Below are positions 48,878 through 59,225 of a stretch of DNA of 64,000 nucleotides, one piece after another. The notes below the pieces were generated by a model. That model ran no database searches. It worked only from the letters and a program-made list of their open reading frames with translations, and was not told the DNA's origin. The DNA is from Ignavibacteriota bacterium (GTDB lineage Bacteria > Bacteroidota > Ignavibacteria > UBA10030 > UBA6906). Position numbers and translations under genes: made by a program. The first letter of the stretch is position 1, and every line of letters starts with the position of its first letter. Where the stretch lies: positions 2,592,001-2,656,000 of the forward strand of contig CAWDEM010000008.1 of the NCBI GenBank assembly GCA_963801355.1, written 5' to 3'.

Positions 48878-49890
48878 CCCCGCGTGATCGCATACGCAAC
48901 ATCGTCGCCCGCCGGTCTGCAGACCGCTGCGGATTCTGGCTCGGGAACCCTCATCCGGATACGCTCCCGATCTACCATGCGTACTTTGGCACCACAACCC
49001 TTGAAGATCTCCATCAGAAACTGGGGAGTGACTTTCGCTGGATCTCCCCGCAACTTCTGGAATCGACGTACCGGGATCCTGAAGGAAACGGATTGTTCGA
49101 CTGCCGGAAGTACAAGCACTCTCTCGGCGAAGCGGGTCCGCTGGCTGCGTATGAGTCGGTGCGGGAGGTGGAACGTTATCCCTGGCCCGAGCTCCGCTAT
49201 CTCCATATCGGAGAGTGCATCGGCATCCTCAGAGGGACCGGAGATTTCTACCGTGCGAGCGGCTACTGGGCACCTTTCTTCCACGATGTTATGGATCTCT
49301 TCGGCGTGGAGGAATTCATGATCAAGATGCACACAACACCCGCCGTGGTTGAGGCAGCACTGGAGCAGGTGTGCAATTTCTACCTTGAGGCCAACGTGCT
49401 CCTGTTCCGGGAGGCGGGAGACCTGATCGACGGGTTTTTCTTCGGCAACGATTTCGGAACACAACGGGAATTGATGATCAGCCCTGGAGATTTTGACCGG
49501 TTCATTCTTCCGTGGATCAGGCGGTTTGCAGCGCAGGCACGGTCGTATAACTATCAGGTCCTCCTGCATTCATGCGGTTCGGTGCACCGGGTTGTGGACA
49601 GGCTCATTGATGCTGGAGTCGACTGTCTGCACCCGCTCCAGGCTCTTGCGCACAATATGGAAGCGAGTGTTCTTGCGAGGGATTTCGGAGGGAGGATCGC
49701 CTTCCTTGGCGGCATCGATACGCAGGACCTCCTGGTGAACGGGTCACCTCAGGCGATACGGGATGAGGTGCGGCGTATAGCCGACATACTCGGTCCACAC
49801 CTTATCGTCAGTCCCAGTCATGAGGCGTTGCTGCCAAACGTGCCCCCCGCCAACGTCGCAGCCATGGCCGAAGCCGCGTCATTGCTCTAG
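48874..49890 (+). CDS. Uroporphyrinogen decarboxylase/MtbA-like family protein
   Basis: GNDFGTQ..LMISP, HSCG, LHPLQ, FLGGID, VPPAN; ATGA overlap with the GH3 gene. Confidence 0.8.
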   Translation: MTPRDRIRNIVARRSADRCGFWLGNPHPDTLPIYHAYFGTTTLEDLHQKLGSDFRWISPQLLESTYRDPEGNGLFDCRKYKHSLGEAGPLAAYESVREVERYPWPELRYLHIGECIGILRGTGDFYRASGYWAPFFHDVMDLFGVEEFMIKMHTTPAVVEAALEQVCNFYLEANVLLFREAGDLIDGFFFGNDFGTQRELMISPGDFDRFILPWIRRFAAQARSYNYQVLLHSCGSVHRVVDRLIDAGVDCLHPLQALAHNMEASVLARDFGGRIAFLGGIDTQDLLVNGSPQAIRDEVRRIADILGPHLIVSPSHEALLPNVPPANVAAMAEAASLL

Positions 49891-49936
49891 AAGACTGCCT
49901 TGCAGTCACTCTCGGGCCGGCATGCATTCCAGTCGA

Positions 49937-52750
49937 TCACGGACGGGCATCCTTCACACAACGGAAGCCTACGGTCGCACATCTGTCAAACCCCGGCGAG
50001 ACCTGTAAGAGGATCTGCGGGTTATCGACGGGCTGCGGCCCTCCCTGGACATACCACCAGCTGGAATTCGGTCTATAGTAGGAACCGCCGCGGAGCATCC
50101 CGAAGTAGAATGTTCCGTTGTCATACTGGTCATTCATCATCTGCCAGACATTACCGACAAGGTCCATGACGCCGAACGGACTTTGTCCTTGCGGGAACGC
50201 ATCAACCGGAGTCGTCACGCCTGATCCGTTGTTGCATCTGGTGGAATCAAAAGTGTCTCCCCAGGGGTACTTGCGCCCATCGGTGCCCTGTGCTGCGTAC
50301 TGCCACTCCGCCTCAACGGGGAGCCGCTTCCCTGCCCAACGGGCGTAAGCCCGGGCATCCGTCCGATCTACGTACACCACCGGATGCTTCTCCTTTCCCT
50401 CAGGAGGTTTGCCGTTCACCCAGTGCTTCAAGAAATTCGACGTGTCCGCCGGCCGGTACCCCGAGCCCTGCAGGAACTCCAGAAACTGCCCGTTGGTCAC
50501 TGGATACCTGTCCATGTAGAATGCGGAGAGCTGCAGAGTCGACTTTCTGGATCCCGGATAAGGGATCACTTCATTGGGACTCAGAAAGCTGCGCGTCGGG
50601 GCATACGTGAACGTTCCGCCGGGGATGAGTACCATCCCTGCAGGTGTGGTTGCAGTGAGGGGTGTGGACTCGCGACGTGTGATCAGCCGGGGAATGGCAA
50701 GAGGAACGTTCACCACCCTTTCATCCAGCAGACCTGTCGAATCAAACAGCTGAATCACAAACTTCTCCTCGTGACGTCCCAACGAGGCAAGCAACGAGAG
50801 GGCAATCTTGCCGGCGGCAAACCGGACTGACCTGCAGGAATACGACGGCATTCCTGCCCAGACAACCAGGGAATCCCCGCTTCGCGCATTCATGAAGAGT
50901 GAATCCCCGTCGAGGTCAACATCCAGCAACCGCGGGAATTGTGCAATGCAGTCCACATTCCCCTCCCTCCGCGTCCCGAGCCATGACCTGCTGAATCCTT
51001 CCGCACTTGCCGGGATGTAGAACTTCCCGCGGACAGGCACTGCAGAAATCTCCTCGTGATGCCAGATATCGACGTAGTGCGAATCCAGCGGTGTGCGGAC
51101 TTCGAACAGCAGGCCCTCAACGCCTTCCGGTTTCAGGCTGTATACCGTATACAGAGTCTTATTCGGTGCAGGCCATCTGTTCACCCAGACACTGTCGACG
51201 GTCGTGGGCACCAGAGGCACCCAGTCCCGGCTCAGGAACGCCGTGGAGTTCTCCCGCAGGATTTTAGTAGTCCTTCCCAGGTAGGCAAGTTCTTCGTCAA
51301 TCCAGTCGGGCCTTCCCGGCCGCATGATATTCAATTCTGTTCCGTATCCATTGAAGAACGCAACGGCTATTTCCCGGTGGATTCTCCCTTCGGCAAGTTG
51401 TATCACACGGAAAATCGCGAACTCCGGTTTGATAAGTTTGTTCAGATTCAGGGGGGGCGGCATGAAGATGGCATCGTGCACGCGTCCGGCAACGATCCCA
51501 GGCATATCCCTGGGGATTGCCATACCTTCGCTGTACATCACAATGCCCGGCTTGACCCTGTCGGCTGCAGCCTGGAATTCCCTGGTGGATTGACCCCACG
51601 TGTCCAGCACGACACCGTCAGCATCCAGCGCACGCAGCATCTCTTCCATGCCGGCCAGGTGATCCTCCCGACGTGTGCTTTCGTCCCACGGGTTGTAGGC
51701 AATGAAGTACTTCGTCCCCCTGGCATGGGCGTACTCCGCCTGCCGGCGGAGCTCGCGGATACCGCCGGGGAGATCGCGGTACATATCCCACTGGTTCCGC
51801 TGATCCAGCCCCAGTCGGGGCCATGTCGGCCAGAGCATGTATGCCTCGTATCCCCCGAGAACGGTATTGCGGGCTGTAAGAAATGCATCAAACCGGCTCT
51901 GCCCGCTCACGGCATCAAGATACTCATGATCCCAGGCGAATTGCAGAATGAGAAGGTAGCTCTTGCGGATCCAGGAGAGATCCTGACGTGCGAAAAGGGA
52001 GTTGTCGAACTCTTCGAGATCATACAGCCAGCGATCCCGGAACATCATCCGCATCCCATCGCTCCAGTCTCCTGCGTGGGCATCGGCAAAGATCTCATAC
52101 TGGACCCACCCGCCGGGAGGCACCAGAGCCCGAAAACGGCGCAGGTCGGCATGGGCCGGGTCGCGCCGGCGTGCGATGGCAGCAAGCCCGTTTCCTTCTC
52201 CCGCTTGGATATTGCCGAACCCCATTTCCCAGGCGTTGTCGGGGAGTACGACACCAATCGGTCCGGCTCCGGGACGAAAGAGCGCCGATCTGCTCAAACG
52301 GTGTTGATATGTCTTTGGGCCTGCGGCACGGATGTAGACATGGCCGGGGGCTTCCCCCAGCGGCACAATATTCGCAAGTTCCAACGTGTCCCGGGTCCGG
52401 TTGCGAAATGTGAGAACACCCTTCCAACCGCGCGTGAACCCGGATTCGATTTTGAGAGATCCACCGAACCCCGAAGCATCCGACCAGCGGATGCTGTCGC
52501 CTTCCCTGGAAGCCGTGCAGAGAAGAGAACTCGAGAGCTTCTCATTCACGGTGAACGTGAACAACGGCACCCGGGGTGACACAGAAATCTGTTTCCCGCT
52601 GGAATTCGTGTATCCCACGATCCCCAGGCCGGCTGATGTCGCTATCTTTAACGTCTGCAGATTCTGGGCGTTGCTGAGGGAGGCGAGCGCGGCCAGGACA
52701 ACAACAATGACTGACCGCGAAGTTGTACACATCAATGCAGGGGTGGACAT
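49937..52750 (-). CDS. Secreted protein with a large uncharacterised N-terminus and a C-terminal FGE/SUMF1-fold domain
   Basis: Signal peptide; PVTN, HPVV, KRLP.EAEWQYAA, YPWG, DLVGNVW, RGGS, GFRC. Confidence 0.8.
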   Translation of the reverse strand: MSTPALMCTTSRSVIVVVLAALASLSNAQNLQTLKIATSAGLGIVGYTNSSGKQISVSPRVPLFTFTVNEKLSSSLLCTASREGDSIRWSDASGFGGSLKIESGFTRGWKGVLTFRNRTRDTLELANIVPLGEAPGHVYIRAAGPKTYQHRLSRSALFRPGAGPIGVVLPDNAWEMGFGNIQAGEGNGLAAIARRRDPAHADLRRFRALVPPGGWVQYEIFADAHAGDWSDGMRMMFRDRWLYDLEEFDNSLFARQDLSWIRKSYLLILQFAWDHEYLDAVSGQSRFDAFLTARNTVLGGYEAYMLWPTWPRLGLDQRNQWDMYRDLPGGIRELRRQAEYAHARGTKYFIAYNPWDESTRREDHLAGMEEMLRALDADGVVLDTWGQSTREFQAAADRVKPGIVMYSEGMAIPRDMPGIVAGRVHDAIFMPPPLNLNKLIKPEFAIFRVIQLAEGRIHREIAVAFFNGYGTELNIMRPGRPDWIDEELAYLGRTTKILRENSTAFLSRDWVPLVPTTVDSVWVNRWPAPNKTLYTVYSLKPEGVEGLLFEVRTPLDSHYVDIWHHEEISAVPVRGKFYIPASAEGFSRSWLGTRREGNVDCIAQFPRLLDVDLDGDSLFMNARSGDSLVVWAGMPSYSCRSVRFAAGKIALSLLASLGRHEEKFVIQLFDSTGLLDERVVNVPLAIPRLITRRESTPLTATTPAGMVLIPGGTFTYAPTRSFLSPNEVIPYPGSRKSTLQLSAFYMDRYPVTNGQFLEFLQGSGYRPADTSNFLKHWVNGKPPEGKEKHPVVYVDRTDARAYARWAGKRLPVEAEWQYAAQGTDGRKYPWGDTFDSTRCNNGSGVTTPVDAFPQGQSPFGVMDLVGNVWQMMNDQYDNGTFYFGMLRGGSYYRPNSSWWYVQGGPQPVDNPQILLQVSPGFDRCATVGFRCVKDARP

Positions 52751-52754
52751 GCCG

Positions 52755-54035
52755 CTATTGATTCCAGAGTGTGCACGTGCCGATATTGCGGATTCTCAGG
52801 GTGGTGACGGACTTCTCGCCAAAGACGTGCTGCATCATGCCGATGTAGTCAGGCACGACAGCACTCGGAAGTACCGCAAGAATCGTTCCGGCAAAACCGC
52901 CGCCGTGCACGCGACACGCGCCTTTGCCGGCGGTATGAATGAATCGTTCCGAAAGTGCGAGACCGAGCAGGAGTCCCTGCTCGCGGGTGGAGTGGGGGGT
53001 CGAACAATTTTGCAGCCACCGGCACGAAGAACTTCCGGACTCGTTCATAATCCGGAGGAAGGAGTCCATGTCATCCTGCTCGAGAGCCTTGACCTGGTCG
53101 ACGACCCGCTCGGTGTCGGCAAAGAAATGGAGTGCCCGAAGAATTGCCCTGTCGCCCAGTTCTGCACGCACCTGCGGAATTGCCTGGAACAGTTGTGCGC
53201 TTGGCACATTCCGGAGACTCGTCTGTCCGAAATACCGGGCGACTTCTTTCATTTCAAAAGGCACTGCAGCATAGTCGGCTGTCAGATCCGCGTGGCTCCC
53301 GCCGGTATGGACGACCAGCAAGCTGAGAGCGTGTTCTTCAAACCCCGAGCGCATGGTCCGGGTGACAGGCATACGTGGATCAGCAAAATCGATGATCACA
53401 ATGCCGCCGAGTGCACAGGTAAGCTGGTCCATGAGCCCGCAGGGTTTACGGAAATACGTATTCTCTGCGTATTGTCCGATCTGTGCAAGTTCCGTCGGAT
53501 TGATGCCGCCGTGGTTGAACAACGAATTGAGAATGGTGCCAAGAAGGACTTCGATCGACGCCGATGAGCTGAGGCCCGAGCCGGGCAGGACATCGCTGCT
53601 CACGACCGCGTTGAAACCTTTCACGGCAAAGTTCAGCTGCTTGAAACGTGCGGCGATGCCGCGGATCATCGCTGTTGTTGTTCCGGCTTCCTCCGGAATT
53701 ACTTCCAGGCGCCCGAGGTCAACGCGGAAGGGGGCATCGAAACCTATCGACCGGACGGTAACGACGTTGTCGCCGGATGGCGCAGCGGCGGCAATGGAGT
53801 CAAGATGAACCGAGGCGGCGAGAACCCGGCCATTGTTGTGGTCCGTGTGATTCCCGCACAGTTCCACCCGACCGGGCGTGCTGGCCAGGATCGCCGGTGT
53901 TCCGCCGAATGTCTCCCGAAAGAGCCGGGAGAGTTCCCGAAACCGGTCCTGCGCATTGCGGATATCATCCGGCTTATCGCCGTAGACGTTTGTCAGATTG
54001 CGCTGGAATTCCGGCTCTGTGAGGTAGGTATCCAT
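52755..54035 (-). CDS. galK: Galactokinase (GHMP kinase)
   Basis: PGRVELCGNHTDHN, PGSGLSSSAS, PCGLMDQ, RVHGGGFAG. Confidence 0.88.
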   Translation of the reverse strand: MDTYLTEPEFQRNLTNVYGDKPDDIRNAQDRFRELSRLFRETFGGTPAILASTPGRVELCGNHTDHNNGRVLAASVHLDSIAAAAPSGDNVVTVRSIGFDAPFRVDLGRLEVIPEEAGTTTAMIRGIAARFKQLNFAVKGFNAVVSSDVLPGSGLSSSASIEVLLGTILNSLFNHGGINPTELAQIGQYAENTYFRKPCGLMDQLTCALGGIVIIDFADPRMPVTRTMRSGFEEHALSLLVVHTGGSHADLTADYAAVPFEMKEVARYFGQTSLRNVPSAQLFQAIPQVRAELGDRAILRALHFFADTERVVDQVKALEQDDMDSFLRIMNESGSSSCRWLQNCSTPHSTREQGLLLGLALSERFIHTAGKGACRVHGGGFAGTILAVLPSAVVPDYIGMMQHVFGEKSVTTLRIRNIGTCTLWNQ

Positions 54036-54086
54036 TGTGTGCCCGCGGGTCTACAAAATCGAACCGCGATAGTCAACAAAACGAAT

Positions 54087-54119
54087 CATCATGGGCTACT
54101 ACATCATGAGCTACTACAT
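54087..54119. repeat. 15-nt tandem duplication spanning the pepF stop
   Basis: CATCATGGGCTACTA / CATCATGAGCTACTA / CAT. Confidence 0.65.
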
Positions 54120-56034
54120 TTTCCCGTCTTTCTTTAGTCTCGCCACCAGCTGCTCCATCTCTCCTACCAGCGTGTCAAACCGCCGCAGCGCCGCCTTGCC
54201 CGGCTCCGCCGAAGTCATATCCACCCCGGCACTCTTCAGAAGCTTGAGTGGCGAATCGCTTCCCCCGGCCTTCAGCATGCCCAGATAGCGATCCACATCG
54301 GCCTGCGTCCCTTTGAGTGCCTTGTCGCTCAATGCGAGTGACGCAATCATGCCGGTGCTGTACTGAAAGACATAGAAATTGAGATAGAAGTGCGGAATGA
54401 TGCTCCATTCGTTGCCGATATACTCGTCAACGCGCATGACTCCTTTGTCATGACCGTAGTATGCACGCGTGAGCGCGAGATACTGCTCCGTCAGCCAGTC
54501 CGGCGTCAGCGTCTGGCCCTCCTCGACGCGCCTGTGCATAGCCAGTTCGAATTCTGCGAAGAGAGTCTGTCGGAATATCGTTCCCCGCACACCGTCCAGA
54601 TAGGCATCCAGCACCTTGAGTTTCACGAGATCGTCGGACTCATGCTTCAACATATACTCCATGAGCAGGTGTTCGTTGAACGTCGAAGCAATTTCCGCGA
54701 GAAATGTGGGATAGTCGGCATTTCCATACGCCTGGCTCTTGTCGGCAAAATACGAGTGCATCGCATGACCCAGTTCATGCGCAAGAGTCGAGACGGCATC
54801 ATAGTGCCCATTAAAGTTCATCTTGATGAAGGGGTGCACGCCGTAGACGCCCCCGGAGTATGCGCCGAGCTGTTTGTTCTTGTTGGGATAGATATCAATC
54901 CACCGCTTGTCGAACGCCGCACCCAGGACCGTGCCGTAGTCGGCACCCAGGGGCTTTAACGACCCCGTAATGAGTGCACGTGCTTCTTCAAACGTATAGA
55001 GGCGGTCAACCGATCGGACCGCCGATGCGTAGATATCATCATAGCGCAACGTATCAAGACCCAGCATCTCCTTACGGAGTTTCAGATAGCGGTGCAGGGG
55101 TGCAAGGTTCTGACGAACGGTGGCAATCAGCTGGTGATACACGGTAGTATCAATGTTATCGCCAAACAGGCGCGCGTACAGACAGCTGGGGTATTTCTGC
55201 GCACGTGCTGCGAAGAGGTCGTTCTTGATCCCGCCGTCCAGCAGACCCGCAAGGGAATTTTCGAACTTCTTCCGTTCAGCCCAGAATGAGCGCATGACAA
55301 GAGACCGGTCCGCATTGTTCTTTGTTCCGCGATATCGCATGTACCCCGCGACATTCAGGGTCAACGGCGTGCCGTCGGAGAGCGTGATTTCCTGGGCGGG
55401 CATTTCCACGTTGTTCAGTATGTCGGCGACCTGCGCACTCGTCCCGGAAAACAACCCCGTCATCGAAAAAATCTTTTGTTGGTCTTTTGGCAGAACATGC
55501 GCTCTCGCCCTGAGCACTTCTTCGACACGGAAGCGGTACTGCGCCAGCCGCGGTTCTTTGGCAAAGTATTCACGCACGGTGCTTTCCTTCATCGCGAGGA
55601 TATCGTCGTTCCGGAACGCCAGCTTCGCCCCGTAGTCGGCCACGATGCCCTGCAATTCGCCCTGCATGCTCCGGAACGTTGTGTTGCTCAGATCCATGTT
55701 CCCCTGGTTTCCCGCATACGCGTAGAGACGCTGTATGAGAAGGCCGATGGAGTCCGTCAATTGATACAGTGATAGGAATTTCCGTGGAGAGGTGGTCCAA
55801 CTCTTTCGCCCGGGCATCGATGCGTGCAATCATGGCATGCAGTCCGTCGCGGTCACGTTTCCAGGAATCGATGTCCGGGTAGAGGTCCTCAATGCGCCAC
55901 GTATACGCCACGGGGACTTCGGACCGGGCAACCATCGAGAAGTCCGGAATTTTCGATTCCTGCGGCTGCCCGGAAAGCGGAACGCTGATACAAACCAGGG
56001 CAAGCAGTACGCTCAGCAGTCTAATCCGTACCAT
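54114..56034 (-). pseudogene. pepF: Signal-peptide-bearing oligoendopeptidase F (M3B) split by a +1 frameshift near 55805
   Basis: 5' ORF has a signal peptide and YTWRIEDLY; 3' ORF has HELGH, AEIAS, RQTLFAEFE, IPHFY; removing one A from GCGAAAGAG joins the frames. Confidence 0.88.
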
Positions 56035-56189
56035 AGTAATCTCCCGAATCATTGTGATCTCCAGACAGAAGAGAGTGATTGGACGCATGGGGACATACTC
56101 CTCCCTTGCATGTACAGTAACGCGAAAACAAGCCGGATGTTCAAGGGGTCAGCGACGAAATGCAGCCCAGGACGATCAACGCCGCCGGC

Positions 56190-59100
56190 TCAGTTGCTGG
56201 ACCAGCGGACGCTGCTCCCGGTCCTCCCTTTCACAACTTCAAGCCGCACAGGGACGCGCGTTTTCAACTCTTCCACGTGTGAAATAATGGCCACAAGCCG
56301 TCCGTCGGCCTGCAGATCCATGAGCGCACCGATGGCCACGTCGAGTGTCTCATTGTCGAGTGACCCAAAACCCTCGTCGATGAACAAAGCATCCATCCGG
56401 ACGCCGCCGGTATGCTGTTGGGCGGCATCCGCGACACCCAGCGCCAGCGAGAGCGCGGCGTAGAATTGTTCGCCGCCGGACAGTGTCTGCACCTGCCGCT
56501 GTTCACCGGTATAATTGTCAAAAACGTCAAGGTCCAGTCCCACCCGCCTCCTGCGGTCGTCACTCTCTGTCCGCCTGATCAGTGCATAGCGATCATGCGA
56601 GATCACGCGCAGCCGTGTATTGGCAAAAGTAACGATCTCATCAAGAAACACCGAGAGGACATAGCTCGAGAGAGTGATGCCCATATCGTTTCTTCCTGCA
56701 ACGGCATCGGAGAGTTCCTGCATCGTCCCCGCCTCCGACCGCAACACCTCGAGCTGGTTCGCGAGGGTTTGCAGTTGCTGACCCGCGCCCGCGAGCCTGC
56801 TGACGATTGTCTGTGCCTCCGTTGCACGCTGCTGCGCATCCTCAAAGGCCTTCCGCCCGCGCTCTTCCGCCAGCAGGAGCGGCGCAAGATCGGGCTCGGC
56901 TCTGCCGCCGACAACCCGCTTGCGTTCGTCCACGGTGTTCCGCAACGCCAGGAGCTGTTCGTCCCACTCCTGCACGAGGCCGTTGAGCCGGTGCCGTTCG
57001 CCCTCCGGGAGAAGTGCCGTGCGGATCTCCTCGACGGATGAAAAACCCACTTTCGCAAAGCTCTCTGCGAGATCTGCGCGCCTTCTCATGATGAATGCGC
57101 GTTCCTCACCGAGCACCTTTAACTCCCCGTCCAAACCAGCCTGCAGGCGTATGACTTCTCCCGCAAGCGCCGTGAAGCTGTTCTGCGCTTCCTCATTCTG
57201 CCGCGTGAGCGCTGTGATCCGTGTCGACACATCGGACTGTTTCCTGTTCAGTGTCGCGAGGTCGGTGACATCGTCACCGATCATTTTCAGGGCATTCTCT
57301 ATCCTGACCGCCACTGTTGTCCGCTCCTGTGCGCATGCGTTCTTGCGTTCCTGAAACGCATCGATATCGCGCTGGAGTTTTTGGAGACGATCCGTGACTT
57401 CTCCCCGTGTCCTGTGCAGTAGGGTGAGAGAACCAGCCGCCTTCTGTGCACGTTGCAGTTCAGACTCCTGTTGACCGAGCTGGTGGGCAAACGTTGCCTT
57501 GTCCGTATCGACAAATGAGCCGAGAATGGTCTCATGACTCATCAGCGCCGCAGCGTTCTGCGCAAGAGCGTTCCTGGCGGCGTGGAACCGGGTCATTGCG
57601 GTCTCCCGCTCACCGTCCATGCGCTCTCTCGCGGTCCGCGCCGACGCCAGTTCCACATCCGTGACGACGGATGTCACGGCGTGAGCCGGGCGCGGATGAT
57701 CGACAGACCCGCATACAGGGCATGGCTGACCCTGCACGAGCGCCGCAGAAAGCCTCGAGGACTGACCTTCCACCCAGCGTGCTTCCACGGACCGGAGCGC
57801 ATCCTCGGCTGCCCTGGATGCCCGCGTGGCCCGGTCGAGCAGGTCTTCCGCTCCGGCGACGTCCGTCTGCAGCGCGACCTGATTGAGGCGGAGTTCCTGC
57901 AACTCCCTGAACGGCTGCTGTAATTCCCTGGTACGGCGCACGGATGCCTCAAGGCCCGAGCATGTCAGGGCCGTAGCCTCGAGAGCCGGTATGTCACTGT
58001 CGATTTGTGAGAGCTCCAGCGTCGAAGCGTTTTTCTGTTCGGCGCATTCGCGCAACTTCTCGACGAGTTGTCGAGAGTCCTCATCAAGCCGTGTGAGCGC
58101 TTTGCGGTCCTCCTCGAGCCGGATGAGGTGCGGCCGTGCGGCATCAAGCCGGTGCATTTCGATTTGCAGACGCAGAACCTCGCCATTACGTTCGGCGGCA
58201 CGGTCGGCTTCATGACGTGCGACCTCCTGTCGCCCCCGTGTCTCAGCCACGTCGGTCTGCAATTTCGCGATCGCTTTCCCGCGCATCACCATCGCCTCCT
58301 CACGCTCCTCGATCTCCTCCAGACGCGGGCGGAATGGCTCGGCGCGAAGGGCGGCGACATATGTTCCGCGCAACTCTTCGATCTGATCCTGCCGGCCAAG
58401 ATGCCGTTGCATTTCCTCCTGCGCCTTTCGCAGATCATTGTGGTGCTCCACAACCCTCCGGGCTTCATCGCATGCAGTCTGCGCCTGCCCCCAGGCAAGG
58501 CGGAGATCGGGCAATCCGACTGACGCCGCGTGCAGCGACTCTTCGGCCTCCTTCTGCCTGGCAGAAAGAGCCGTGGCATCTTCAACACCGTGCGACTCCA
58601 GGAAACCCGCAATCCTGCTCTTGAGATCTTTGCATGAAGCGTTCTTCTCCTGGGTCATCGAGGAAAGGATATCGGAGATCCTCGAATACAGTGATGCCCG
58701 GAAGAGTCTCTCCAGAATCGCCTGCTTCGACTTGGTGTCGGCAAGAAGGAGTTTTTGAAATTCATTCTGGGGCAGCATGACGATCTGACGAAATTGCTTC
58801 TCGTCCAGACCGAGCAGGTGCTCCACCGCACTCCGGATCTCGCTCCTCTTCACAAGAGGCGGACGCACCTGTACTCCGGCGCGGTCGAAGAACTCCAGCA
58901 CGGCTTTGGGTTCGACCGAATCCGTCCTCCGCCTGGGTTTGAATTCCCGCGTAATCCGGTAGCGCCCTGATGGGAGCGAGAACTCGTACATCACTCTGGT
59001 GGATGTTCCCTGCGCACAATGGTCCGACCGCATCTGGTCCGGCGTCCGTGCACCCGAGGAAATGCCATAGAGTGCAAAACAAATTGCATCGAAAATCGTC

Positions 59101-59225
59101 GTTTTTCCGGCCCCGGTAGGTCCGTGAATCAAGAGAAGTGTGCTTCCGTCCAGGCCCGTCAGATCTATCTCCGCCTTTTCGGCAAAAGCGCCAAAACCCT
59201 GCATGTGGAGCCGCATCGGCCTCAT
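56190..59225 (-). CDS. sbcC: SbcC/Rad50 ATPase
   Basis: GPTGAGKT, LPQNEF, zinc hook CPVCG, LSGGE, FIDEGFGSLD, IISH. Confidence 0.95.
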   Translation of the reverse strand: MRPMRLHMQGFGAFAEKAEIDLTGLDGSTLLLIHGPTGAGKTTIFDAICFALYGISSGARTPDQMRSDHCAQGTSTRVMYEFSLPSGRYRITREFKPRRRTDSVEPKAVLEFFDRAGVQVRPPLVKRSEIRSAVEHLLGLDEKQFRQIVMLPQNEFQKLLLADTKSKQAILERLFRASLYSRISDILSSMTQEKNASCKDLKSRIAGFLESHGVEDATALSARQKEAEESLHAASVGLPDLRLAWGQAQTACDEARRVVEHHNDLRKAQEEMQRHLGRQDQIEELRGTYVAALRAEPFRPRLEEIEEREEAMVMRGKAIAKLQTDVAETRGRQEVARHEADRAAERNGEVLRLQIEMHRLDAARPHLIRLEEDRKALTRLDEDSRQLVEKLRECAEQKNASTLELSQIDSDIPALEATALTCSGLEASVRRTRELQQPFRELQELRLNQVALQTDVAGAEDLLDRATRASRAAEDALRSVEARWVEGQSSRLSAALVQGQPCPVCGSVDHPRPAHAVTSVVTDVELASARTARERMDGERETAMTRFHAARNALAQNAAALMSHETILGSFVDTDKATFAHQLGQQESELQRAQKAAGSLTLLHRTRGEVTDRLQKLQRDIDAFQERKNACAQERTTVAVRIENALKMIGDDVTDLATLNRKQSDVSTRITALTRQNEEAQNSFTALAGEVIRLQAGLDGELKVLGEERAFIMRRRADLAESFAKVGFSSVEEIRTALLPEGERHRLNGLVQEWDEQLLALRNTVDERKRVVGGRAEPDLAPLLLAEERGRKAFEDAQQRATEAQTIVSRLAGAGQQLQTLANQLEVLRSEAGTMQELSDAVAGRNDMGITLSSYVLSVFLDEIVTFANTRLRVISHDRYALIRRTESDDRRRRVGLDLDVFDNYTGEQRQVQTLSGGEQFYAALSLALGVADAAQQHTGGVRMDALFIDEGFGSLDNETLDVAIGALMDLQADGRLVAIISHVEELKTRVPVRLEVVKGRTGSSVRWSSN

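Noticed and set aside
55795-55815. Programmed frameshift at CGAAAG in pepF
   Set aside because: That hexamer is known for -1 shifting when read CGA AAG; here it is out of frame and a +1 shift is required.
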